From positions 949-64,948 of IMG/VR virus record IMGVR_UViG_3300047550_006373: a stretch of 64,000 bases of DNA; one strand, written 5' to 3'. Below, piece by piece: positions 9,822 to 18,370 of the stretch. Position numbers and translations under genes: made by a program. The notes under the pieces were generated by a model that was given only the letters and a program-made list of their open reading frames with translations, was not told the DNA's origin and did no database searches. Every line of letters starts with the position of its first letter. Within the stretch, counting starts at the first letter, position 1. Source of the DNA: a virus (Duplodnaviria > Caudoviricetes).

Positions 9822-10702
9822 AAAAAACAGTATTTTCAATACTTGCGCATGAAAATATAGAGACAATAGTCGATCAAGTTCAGAATTTTATAAAATTCTG
9901 TCCAAATTCTCTTGTTGTTCTGCATCTTAGTGCAAACTCAAAAATTCTGGATCAGAAGAAAAAACTAATTGACATATTGCCGGACGAGTGCTTAACAAAT
10001 CCTACTTCAATTTTTGTAGATCGACACGATCTTATACAAGGACATATTTCTAACTTTAGACATGTAAGAAAAATACTAGGAAGAGAACTCGGATATTTTT
10101 GTTTACATGCAAGTAATGACATGATCGTAAAAAGCGGTCTTGAGTCGTATGTTTTTTCTCATGAATGCGGTGTACACCAGTTAAAAAATTATGAAGAAAT
10201 GCCCAACTGGACTCCCTACATTAGATCTAAATTCGATCCACAGTTTGTAGAAATGTGCAAATACGTGGGAGCAAAAGATACGTTTGGTTCCCAGCCAGAA
10301 GGAACTTTCTACAAAGCTGAACTGTTTGAAGAGATGTGCAATATAGTTGAAAAGTACTTTGATAGAGAAAAAATTTCTTCATACATGACTAAAGACAAAG
10401 AAGATACAAATAACACTCTTTATGCAAGAGAAGAACTTTATTTCCCAACCTTGGTTTCTAGATTAAGCAATGACATAGTCTATCCTTATCTCTATAGTGA
10501 AGTAGTGGCTGCACAGAGAAAAATTACGATTCATCTAATTAATTCAATCAGGGACTGTTCTATAAGCTTGAGCGACTGTCTAGAGACGCACAGATTTAAA
10601 GGAATTCAAATTTACGATAAAGAAAATTTGTATGCAGTAAAAAGAATTCCAAGACGTATAGACGATGACTTAAGACAATTTATAAGAAGTCTAGAGTTGT
10701 AA
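9818..10702 (+). CDS. hypothetical protein, possibly a GT14/branching-enzyme-like glycosyltransferase
   Basis: ILAHE...VVLHLS start, HASND and EELYFPT loosely resemble core-2/I-branching enzymes; cluster context. Confidence 0.4.
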   Translation: MKKTVFSILAHENIETIVDQVQNFIKFCPNSLVVLHLSANSKILDQKKKLIDILPDECLTNPTSIFVDRHDLIQGHISNFRHVRKILGRELGYFCLHASNDMIVKSGLESYVFSHECGVHQLKNYEEMPNWTPYIRSKFDPQFVEMCKYVGAKDTFGSQPEGTFYKAELFEEMCNIVEKYFDREKISSYMTKDKEDTNNTLYAREELYFPTLVSRLSNDIVYPYLYSEVVAAQRKITIHLINSIRDCSISLSDCLETHRFKGIQIYDKENLYAVKRIPRRIDDDLRQFIRSLEL

Positions 10703-10725
10703 GTCTTTTAATATTTGCTTATAAT
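10697..10725 (+). promoter_or_regulatory. sigma70-type promoter
   Basis: TTGTAA (10697-10702), 17-nt spacer, TATAAT (10720-10725), then a GAGG ribosome-binding site before ATG 10744. Confidence 0.65.
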
Positions 10726-10743
10726 CTTTTCTTTGAGGAATAC

Positions 10744-11604
10744 ATGATAAATGACTACCAAGTAATTATTGCAACTCTTGTTTCCAATATAGAGACTACT
10801 GGGTATTCTATGGTAACTCCGCAAAGTTGCAAGTCTTGGTCTTCTATAGATTTTATAGACAAAGTACTTATTTTAGACGGTCAATCTATTGACGGAACTG
10901 AATCTCTTATAAAAGAGGCAGCACCCAGATGTGAAGTAGTAAAAAGCAGCGTAGTTTGGCCAGCAAATGTATGGACATGGGAAATACTCCAAGTTATAGA
11001 AAATGAGATAATAGATTTTGTCAACAAACTACCGCATCAGAATAAAATTTTAATTACCGTGTCTTCAGACAACATCTTCACAGAAAAATCAATAGAAGAT
11101 CTGAGAAATGCTTGCAAAGTTCTGATAGAATCAGAAGACAAAGACTTTATTAACTTAACGTTCAGAAAAGCAATAACTTCAAAATACATTTCCAACATCT
11201 ATCCAGTCATGAACGGATGGCACATTTCTTCCATAAGCAAATTTAGAGAAGGAATTGAGTGGAAAAAGGTAAAAATGGGAGAAGTGGGCATAGAAACAAA
11301 CAGGCCCATTAGTCAACTACCATATAGTTTCAACTATTGCCCAATCAGCTATGATATGTTTTGCTTTACTAGAAAGAACTTAGTAGAAAAGCTTGAAAGG
11401 CATCCCGACTTTCTAGGAAAGAAAAAACCAGATATTGATCATTATATTGAAAGTTACTGGCTTAATAAGTTAAACTCTATGGGAATAAACAGAATTGAAT
11501 TGTATCAGCACCCAGAAGAGGCTAGAAAATTCATAGAATTAATTGATTATAATCATTTTGGTTATGATCTTTTTGGTCATATAACGAGTGTGAGAATCAA
11601 ATGA
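10744..11604 (+). CDS. divergent GT2-like protein
   Basis: DKVLILDGQSIDGT resembles DEVCIVDGGSTDGT of the first ORF; the DxD position looks degenerate (VSSDN). Confidence 0.5.
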   Translation: MINDYQVIIATLVSNIETTGYSMVTPQSCKSWSSIDFIDKVLILDGQSIDGTESLIKEAAPRCEVVKSSVVWPANVWTWEILQVIENEIIDFVNKLPHQNKILITVSSDNIFTEKSIEDLRNACKVLIESEDKDFINLTFRKAITSKYISNIYPVMNGWHISSISKFREGIEWKKVKMGEVGIETNRPISQLPYSFNYCPISYDMFCFTRKNLVEKLERHPDFLGKKKPDIDHYIESYWLNKLNSMGINRIELYQHPEEARKFIELIDYNHFGYDLFGHITSVRIK

Positions 11605-12698
11605 AGATACCCTTTAGCGATTTATACAGTTTCAACAAGCCTTTCGAAGACGAATTTCTAACAGACGTTAGAGAGATTTTTAGAGACAGTAGCTTCGTAG
11701 GCGGGAAATTCATAGATAGATTTGAAAAAATTTTTTCTGAAACTACGAAAAACAAATACTGCGTAGCGACTTCTTCGGGAACTGATTCTCTATCTGTAAT
11801 ACTAAGATCCCTTGACATACAGCCAGAAAAAGGGGTGATATATTATCCTGCTAACACTTTCATTGGCTCAATATTAGGTGCTCTTCAACTTGGATATAAG
11901 TGCAAGCCCTATGACGTAAGTTTAAAAACTTTTAATGCGGACGAAGAAACTTTTTCTACTATTGGAGACGATGCCTCTGTAGTAATTGCTGTCCATCTCT
12001 ATGGCTATGGATTAAAACACATAGAAAAGCTAAAAGAATTATGTGAAAAGAAAAATGCAATATTGTTAGAGGATTGCTCTCAAGCTCATTTTCAAGAAAT
12101 AAAAGACAAGCAAGTTTCAAACTTTGGAAAAGCTTCTTTTTATTCAATGTATCCAGGAAAAAACTTTGGAGCAGCTGGCCAGGCTGGGGCGGTTTGCACT
12201 GATGACGAAGAGTTAGTTGCAAGAATGAAGGCAGTAAGAAATTACGGGGCTCCAAAAAAGTATGAGCATACGTTCAAAGGCTTCAACTACAGAATGGATT
12301 CGATACAGGCTGCTTTTCTATGCAGAAAATTCCCAGTAATGGGTGAAGAAATTGAAAAAAGAAGAGACATTTCTAGAAGATTACTTTCAGAAATATCTAA
12401 TCCTCAAATTTCTGTCATGCAAATCACACCTGAGGAAAGTGTTTGGCATCTATTCCCAGTCTACTCTGAAAAAAGAGAAGAATTAATAAATCATCTTAAT
12501 GCCAAAGATATTGAAACTGTAATACACTACCCTAAGAACTGTCATCATTTTAGCTGTTGGTCAAATCAGATATTGGCTGGGTCGACTAGCAATGCTGACA
12601 CTTTGTCGTCAGGTATTTTAAGTCTTCCATGTCACGGAGCAATGAGCAAAGATCAAGTAAATTATCTAATAGAGGCAATAAATGAATTTGGTAAATAA
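11601..12698 (+). CDS. DegT/DnrJ/EryC1/StrS PLP-dependent sugar aminotransferase
   Basis: IPFSDL start, SSGTDSL, VHLYG, LLEDCSQAH, SMYPGKNFGA (PLP lysine), GFNYRMDSIQAAFL, LSLP. Confidence 0.92.
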   Translation: MKIPFSDLYSFNKPFEDEFLTDVREIFRDSSFVGGKFIDRFEKIFSETTKNKYCVATSSGTDSLSVILRSLDIQPEKGVIYYPANTFIGSILGALQLGYKCKPYDVSLKTFNADEETFSTIGDDASVVIAVHLYGYGLKHIEKLKELCEKKNAILLEDCSQAHFQEIKDKQVSNFGKASFYSMYPGKNFGAAGQAGAVCTDDEELVARMKAVRNYGAPKKYEHTFKGFNYRMDSIQAAFLCRKFPVMGEEIEKRRDISRRLLSEISNPQISVMQITPEESVWHLFPVYSEKREELINHLNAKDIETVIHYPKNCHHFSCWSNQILAGSTSNADTLSSGILSLPCHGAMSKDQVNYLIEAINEFGK

Positions 12699-13515
12699 CC
12701 CAGAAAAAACTTTGCTTATTGGACACGGTTACTGGGGTAAGATTATTGAGAAGAATCTTAAAAACAGACCTGTTATTTTTGATATTTCCAAAAATTCAAA
12801 AGAGAGCCTTGATGATCTAGTCAAAGAGTGCAGTCATGTAATTATTTCAACACCTGCTTCGACTCATTTTGACATAGTTGACAAAGCTCTTGATAATAAC
12901 TGTAAAATTTTTTGTGAAAAACCGCTAACTGTGACTCTCGAAGAAGCTATGCACCTCTACGAGAAAGCTGACAGTCTGCAAAAATCCTTCTATGTAGACT
13001 GGATCTTTCTGTGCAACCCAGTTATTAGATCTATCAAAGAACTAATAAGGACGGGTGACGTTGGAGATCTAAAATACGCAACTATGAACAGATTAAATCT
13101 TGGACCCGCGAGAACGGATGTTAATGCAAGGTTTGATCTATCTTCACACGATCTTTCAATACTTGTTCATTTTTTAGGAAGCAATCTTAGCGTTACTCAC
13201 TACGATCTTTATCAAAAAGACGAAAAAATGGCAGGAACGAGCTGCTCTCATGTTAAGTGGGAAAATGGAGAAGGAACAATCAATACAAGCTGGAACTATC
13301 CCGTGAAAGACCGAACCTGCATTTTTACATTTGAAAAATGTACTTTTCACTGGGATGACTCAAAGTCAATAGCTGTCATGAATGGGACACCATTAATTTT
13401 TAACAAAAATGAAACTCCACTGCAGATTTCTTTAAGAGATTTTTTTGAAGACTCTTATGATTTTGAAGAAAATAAAAGAGTTACATTAGAAGTTACAAAA
13501 CTACTGCGTGATTGA
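12682..13515 (+). CDS. Gfo/Idh/MocA family oxidoreductase
   Basis: IGHGYWG Rossmann motif, ISTPASTH, FCEKPL, DLSSHDLS. Confidence 0.88.
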   Translation: MNLVNNPEKTLLIGHGYWGKIIEKNLKNRPVIFDISKNSKESLDDLVKECSHVIISTPASTHFDIVDKALDNNCKIFCEKPLTVTLEEAMHLYEKADSLQKSFYVDWIFLCNPVIRSIKELIRTGDVGDLKYATMNRLNLGPARTDVNARFDLSSHDLSILVHFLGSNLSVTHYDLYQKDEKMAGTSCSHVKWENGEGTINTSWNYPVKDRTCIFTFEKCTFHWDDSKSIAVMNGTPLIFNKNETPLQISLRDFFEDSYDFEENKRVTLEVTKLLRD

Positions 13516-14629
13516 AATGAATGTATTTATTTTTCCAACTGACGATAGATTAGGACAGCTTTCTCTTATAGACCATTATAGCAGACTTGGTCATAACGTT
13601 TTCTTGCCTGCCAAAGGCACTCTTTCTTTGGACTGGTCAAAAATTGCAACATGGCCTGCTCTTCTTTGCAATGACTTCAGCGGAAGAAGAAATTTAGAAG
13701 TCAAGAATTTTGATGTTAATGATCCATCCGTTTTTGGTGAAGATCTTTTTCTCACGCTAGAGCAGATACCAATAACCAACCACGGGCTTAAGTGCGAGAT
13801 AATAGATCTCGAAAAAGAAAATATTCAAATAGACATATTTCATACTTTGCGAGGCGGTGAATCTTTTCTTAGAGAGTACCTAAACATTTCAAAAAAGTTT
13901 TTTCCCAAAGCAAAATGGGTGTCATCGACTCTAAGTGCACACGACCACAATCCTGCAGGTCAATCTCCAGAAAACTTGGCAGGATTTATACCCGCTCCTT
14001 ACGAAAACATGTCAAAAAAGATGAGACTGTTTTCAACTGATGCGGCACTCAAGGTTTTTGGAATTTCACGTCAAGATCCTGAGATACAAAGATGCAAAGA
14101 ATTTGCATCATTCAATCACAACTTTCACATAAGACAACCAGAAGACTTTCAGATTTATACCAAGATTAATGAGCTTCTAAGAAAAAACAATACTCCTGAA
14201 GTAAAAAACTACGGAGGAAATATAAGAAGAATGGGAGCAGACTTAAGATACAATAGCGGCGGTCCGACTGGAAATTTTGAAACTTTATCTCCCGTAAATG
14301 CTTTGAAAAAGATATCTTGCCTTAGCGGAGTACTTCATTTAAAAAATACTGACTGGGGTGGTGGAGTTTTTTATGATTCTTTGCAAACTGACACTCCCAT
14401 TATTACGACAAGAAGATATGTTAAGAATTCTAATTCTTCAAAGTATCTGATTGACGGTGTTAACTGTATTCATATTGACACTCCCGAAGAAGCATTCAAA
14501 GCAATAGTAAAAATTACAGAAGACGACAATTTCTCAAGAAGCCTTAGAGAAGGAATGAAATCAGTCAGAGAAGCAATTTTCAAAAATTACTGGGACGACT
14601 GGGAGAGATTTTTAAACAGCCTAGTATAA
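13508..14629 (+). CDS. putative GT-B-fold glycosyltransferase-like protein
   Basis: C-terminal HLKNTDWGGGVFYDSLQTDTPII...LIDGVNC resembles the GT4 C-terminal domain; cluster context. Confidence 0.5.
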   Translation: MIEMNVFIFPTDDRLGQLSLIDHYSRLGHNVFLPAKGTLSLDWSKIATWPALLCNDFSGRRNLEVKNFDVNDPSVFGEDLFLTLEQIPITNHGLKCEIIDLEKENIQIDIFHTLRGGESFLREYLNISKKFFPKAKWVSSTLSAHDHNPAGQSPENLAGFIPAPYENMSKKMRLFSTDAALKVFGISRQDPEIQRCKEFASFNHNFHIRQPEDFQIYTKINELLRKNNTPEVKNYGGNIRRMGADLRYNSGGPTGNFETLSPVNALKKISCLSGVLHLKNTDWGGGVFYDSLQTDTPIITTRRYVKNSNSSKYLIDGVNCIHIDTPEEAFKAIVKITEDDNFSRSLREGMKSVREAIFKNYWDDWERFLNSLV

Positions 14630-14640
14630 TTCTTCTTGAA

Positions 14641-15288
14641 ATGAGCATTCACCCTACAGCAATCATTGAAGACTCTGTTATTTTAGGAGAAAACGTAACA
14701 ATTGGACCGTATTCTGTAATAACAGGTAAGGTCATTATTGGCAGCGGAACCACGATATATTCTCACTGTACCATAGGAGGACTAGGAGAATATCCTTCTA
14801 AGAGAATGGATGAGATACAGGATAATGTGGGAGTAGTTATAGGAGAAAATTGTATCATAAGAGAGTCTGTTAACATCAATGCAGCAACAATAGCCAATCA
14901 AAATACTGTTATTGGTAATAACTGCTATATTATGACCAAATCACATGTAGGACACGATGTTATACTTGAAGAAGGAGTCGTAATATGCAGCTGTGCTGTT
15001 ATAGGCGGATACTCAAAGATAGGAACAAAGACTTACGTGGGTCTGAACTCTTCGATACACCAACGATCTGATGTTGGAGGCTATTGCATAATTGGAGCAC
15101 AATCCTTCTTTAAAGGTGAAAGCCCTGACGGAATAACCTGGGCGGGTACACCTGCAACTCCAAAAAAGGTCAATTTTTTTAATCTAAATAAGAATCTAAA
15201 AGATGGATCTCAAAAATCGGGAATAGTAGATAAAGCTGAGCTTTATATTAAAAATTTCTCTAAATCTCAAAAGAAAGAAAAAGAATGA
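14641..15288 (+). CDS. LpxA-like left-handed beta-helix acyl/acetyltransferase
   Basis: IHPTAII start and hexapeptide repeats. IRESVNINAAT, HVGHD and IHQ match the LpxA motifs IRESVTIHRGT, HIAHD and VHQ. C-terminal region is short. Confidence 0.8.
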   Translation: MSIHPTAIIEDSVILGENVTIGPYSVITGKVIIGSGTTIYSHCTIGGLGEYPSKRMDEIQDNVGVVIGENCIIRESVNINAATIANQNTVIGNNCYIMTKSHVGHDVILEEGVVICSCAVIGGYSKIGTKTYVGLNSSIHQRSDVGGYCIIGAQSFFKGESPDGITWAGTPATPKKVNFFNLNKNLKDGSQKSGIVDKAELYIKNFSKSQKKEKE

Positions 15289-16223
15289 TTTCAAGAAGTT
15301 CTATTGCTGTTATCGGACAAGGTTTCGTGGGTGGTTCCATTACCACAGTTTTTTCAGAACACGGTTTTGAAGTTTTTGTTCATGATAAAACTGGTAAAGT
15401 ATCCCCTGGAGGTAAGCAACCTGAAATCGCTGGTGGTACACATGCAAGTAATGTCAAAGAATTCGTAACAGCTTGCGAAAAAGTTGTGGACTTTTCAAAA
15501 GTATACTTCGTGTGTCTTCCAACTCCCATGTATGAAGACGGATCTGCAGACCTCAGTATAGTCGAGGGTGTGCTTGACGAGATAGCATCTGTTCCAGGTG
15601 ACAGGATTGCTGTCGTGAAGTCAACTATTCCTCCCGGCTCTACTGAAGGCTGGAACAAGAAGTACGAATCTACAGGGCTGAGAGTGATCTTCAATCCAGA
15701 GTTCCTCACAGAAGCAAACGCGCTCGACGACATGAGAAACCAGAACAGGATCATCATCGGTGGACCAAGACCTTGGATCAATTCAGTGAAGCAGATATTT
15801 CAAACTGCCTTCCCCAAGGTTCCGATTATCAAGACTTCCTCGACGACTGCAGAAATGGTCAAGTACCTCACTAACAACTTCCTCACGGTCAAAGTTGCAT
15901 TCGCGAATGAGATGGCTCAGATTTGTGAGGCCCTAGACGCTTCAGGTCTCAACGTGGACTACGACAAGGTTGTCGAATATGCCAAGTACGACCGCCGACT
16001 CGGAGACTCTCATTGGGGAGTACCAGGACCTGACGGTGCCCGAGGGTATGGAGGTCACTGCTTCCCCAAGGACATCAATGCAATGATCGATGTCGCTAAG
16101 AAGAACGGTGTAGATCCCAAAGTTCTCACCTCCTCCTGGGAGAAGAACCTTGAGGTGAGACAACCTGAACACAGAGATTGGGAGAAGATGTCAGGCAGGG
16201 CAGTGTCAAAACGCAGTACTTGA
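15285..16223 (+). CDS. UDP-glucose/GDP-mannose 6-dehydrogenase family protein (short form)
   Basis: GQGFVG, CLPTP, KSTIPPG, FNPEFL, AEMVKYLTNNFL, GYGGHCFPKD (catalytic Cys). At 312 aa it lacks the usual C-terminal domain. Confidence 0.9.
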   Translation: MISRSSIAVIGQGFVGGSITTVFSEHGFEVFVHDKTGKVSPGGKQPEIAGGTHASNVKEFVTACEKVVDFSKVYFVCLPTPMYEDGSADLSIVEGVLDEIASVPGDRIAVVKSTIPPGSTEGWNKKYESTGLRVIFNPEFLTEANALDDMRNQNRIIIGGPRPWINSVKQIFQTAFPKVPIIKTSSTTAEMVKYLTNNFLTVKVAFANEMAQICEALDASGLNVDYDKVVEYAKYDRRLGDSHWGVPGPDGARGYGGHCFPKDINAMIDVAKKNGVDPKVLTSSWEKNLEVRQPEHRDWEKMSGRAVSKRST

Positions 16224-16249
16224 ACTATAGAAGTCTGACATGCTACTAT
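16220..16249 (+). promoter_or_regulatory. sigma70-type promoter with extended -10 and near-leaderless start
   Basis: TTGAAC (16220-16225), 18-nt spacer, TGcTACTAT (16241-16249). ATG is 9 nt downstream with no Shine-Dalgarno. Confidence 0.5.
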
Positions 16250-16258
16250 TAAAACAAC

Positions 16259-17071
16259 ATGTCAGAAAATCAATTTCAAGTACTCCCAACAGGCAAACCT
16301 CACGTATCTTTTTCTGAGGTGAAGACCTGGAAGGATTGCTCCTATAGGCACCACCTCACCCACGTGAAGAAGATCGATTTCTTCAAACCCTCACCTGTAC
16401 TTGAGTTCGGCACAGCGGTGCACGCTTCATGCGAGAAGTACCTGCTCACTCGTGAGATGGATGTGAAGTTGTGCCACGATGCCCTCGATGAGGCATGGGC
16501 CAAACATGGTGGTCAGGAAGAATTCACAGAAAAGGCATTAAAGGTTGCCAAGACTGAGTCTGAAGCAATTCTCTCCGAGGTACCTGCATTCCTGGACAGG
16601 GAGTTTCCCGAGTGGTCTGTTGTGGATGCGGAGCACGCCCTGTATGAATCTGTGGAGGGTCATCCCCACGCATTCAAGGGCTTCATCGACGGCGTTATCA
16701 AGTGTAAAGGTAAGCGAGGAGAAGACCTCTATTGGATCATCGACTGGAAGACGTCTGCTAACGGCTGGAGACGAGAGAAACGTTCGGATGAGATGGTGAA
16801 GGCCCAATTGGCCCTCTATAAGAACTACTGGCACCAGAAGAATCCACAGGTTCCCTTCAAAGACATCAGATGTGCATTCGCCATCCTCAAGAAGTCGGCG
16901 AAGCCTGGGCAGCACTGTGAGCTCTTTTCCGTCTCTATGGGTGACGTCCCTATTAAAAAGTCCTTAAAAGTAGTGAGCAACATGATTACCTCTGTTAAGA
17001 GAGGAATTTCTCTTAAAAATCGTGATTCTTGTACGTACTGTGAATACAAAGGAACAGAGTACTGCACTTAA
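16259..17071 (+). CDS. PD-(D/E)XK nuclease, Cas4/AddB-like with Fe-S cysteines
   Basis: SFSE..WKDC, FGTAVH, GFIDG, IIDWKTS, QLALY and a terminal CTYCEY.....C (1+3 Cys pattern). Confidence 0.85.
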   Translation: MSENQFQVLPTGKPHVSFSEVKTWKDCSYRHHLTHVKKIDFFKPSPVLEFGTAVHASCEKYLLTREMDVKLCHDALDEAWAKHGGQEEFTEKALKVAKTESEAILSEVPAFLDREFPEWSVVDAEHALYESVEGHPHAFKGFIDGVIKCKGKRGEDLYWIIDWKTSANGWRREKRSDEMVKAQLALYKNYWHQKNPQVPFKDIRCAFAILKKSAKPGQHCELFSVSMGDVPIKKSLKVVSNMITSVKRGISLKNRDSCTYCEYKGTEYCT

Positions 17072-17116
17072 CTAAACTTTTGTTACAACTTTTTCTTTTT
17101 GCGTAATATAGGGACA

Positions 17117-18370
17117 ATGCAGAATCAAAAGAAGACCATTTTATTTTTGTCAGATCACCCTTTATCAACTTCAGGGGTGGGAACTCAGGCAAGGTGGCTA
17201 ATAAGCGGATTGATCAATACGGGAAAATACAGCTTCAAGTGTTTTGGCGGAGCGATTAGACACGACAACTACGAAACCGTTGTAGTAAACCCTGACTTTA
17301 TCATTAAGCCGACAAACGGGTTTGGGGACAAATCACTTTTAAGAAAAACGCTTGCTCAAGTTAGACCTGATGCTCTCTTTTTATTCACAGACCCAAGATT
17401 TTTCATCTGGACGTGGGAGATGGCTGACGAAATACAACAAATTTGCCCCATAGTGTATTGGCACCTTTGGGACAATCCCCCGTGGCCAGCCTTTAATTCC
17501 CCGCTATATGAATCCACCGATCTAATCAATTGCATTAATTATCCAACATATGAGATGGTAAAAGAAAGATTTCCAGAGAAGACAAACTATATACCGCATG
17601 CAGTACCTGAGGATCTTTATTCACCGCTTCCAAAAGAAGATTCTCAAAAGTTTAAAAATGCACTTCTTGGCCCGAGCAAGTCTGATCACTTCACATGCTT
17701 GTACGTCTCTAGAAATGCAAGAAGAAAGATGATAAGCGACATTCTTGTTTCTTGGCGAGATTTTATTGAAGAATTGCAACAAAAGTATGGGCACAAGAAA
17801 GCTACGATGGTTCTTCACACAGACCCTCTAGATCAAGAAGGTACAAATTTGCATCAGGTCATAGACCTGCTAGGAATAAGAGAAAATATAGTCTTTTCCA
17901 AAGATAGAATAGGCTTTAATGAAATGAGATCTCTTTACAACATGTGCGACACTATTGTAAATAGAAGCTGCAATGAAGGATTTGGATTGCCCACTCTTGA
18001 AATGATGATGTGCGGTAAGCCAATCATTGCATTAAAAACGGGCGGCCTTACACGACAAGTCGAGGATCCTGACACAGGTGAGCAGTTTGGAATCGGAATG
18101 GACCCAGAAGTCAGGACCATGGTGGGAAATCACATGGTCCCCTACATCTATGAAGACTTTGTATCTCATAAAACGGTTACCAATGCATTTATGAAGATGT
18201 ATGAATTAGGACCAGAAGAAAGAGAAGCTTTAGGTAACAGAGCGATGGAACGCGCCAAGAAGGAATATAATCTTAAAAATGTAGTTTCAGAATGGGACAG
18301 AACTCTTACAGAAACGATTGATAAGTGGAATTCTAAGATAGAGCCGAGATGGAAGGTATCTGAGATATGA
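17117..18370 (+). CDS. GT4-family glycosyltransferase
   Basis: LSDHP..TSGVG, YIPHAV, SRNARRK, NEGFGLPTLEMMMCGKPII. ATG at 17117 preferred over TTG at 17099. Confidence 0.85.
   Translation: MQNQKKTILFLSDHPLSTSGVGTQARWLISGLINTGKYSFKCFGGAIRHDNYETVVVNPDFIIKPTNGFGDKSLLRKTLAQVRPDALFLFTDPRFFIWTWEMADEIQQICPIVYWHLWDNPPWPAFNSPLYESTDLINCINYPTYEMVKERFPEKTNYIPHAVPEDLYSPLPKEDSQKFKNALLGPSKSDHFTCLYVSRNARRKMISDILVSWRDFIEELQQKYGHKKATMVLHTDPLDQEGTNLHQVIDLLGIRENIVFSKDRIGFNEMRSLYNMCDTIVNRSCNEGFGLPTLEMMMCGKPIIALKTGGLTRQVEDPDTGEQFGIGMDPEVRTMVGNHMVPYIYEDFVSHKTVTNAFMKMYELGPEEREALGNRAMERAKKEYNLKNVVSEWDRTLTETIDKWNSKIEPRWKVSEI

Noticed and set aside
14641-15288. Assigning the gene symbol lpxA
   Set aside because: Motifs are LpxA-like, but the protein is shorter and no other lipid A genes are present; the substrate is uncertain.
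16259-17071. CRISPR-Cas locus
   Set aside because: The Cas4-like gene stands alone; I found no repeat-spacer array or other cas genes.
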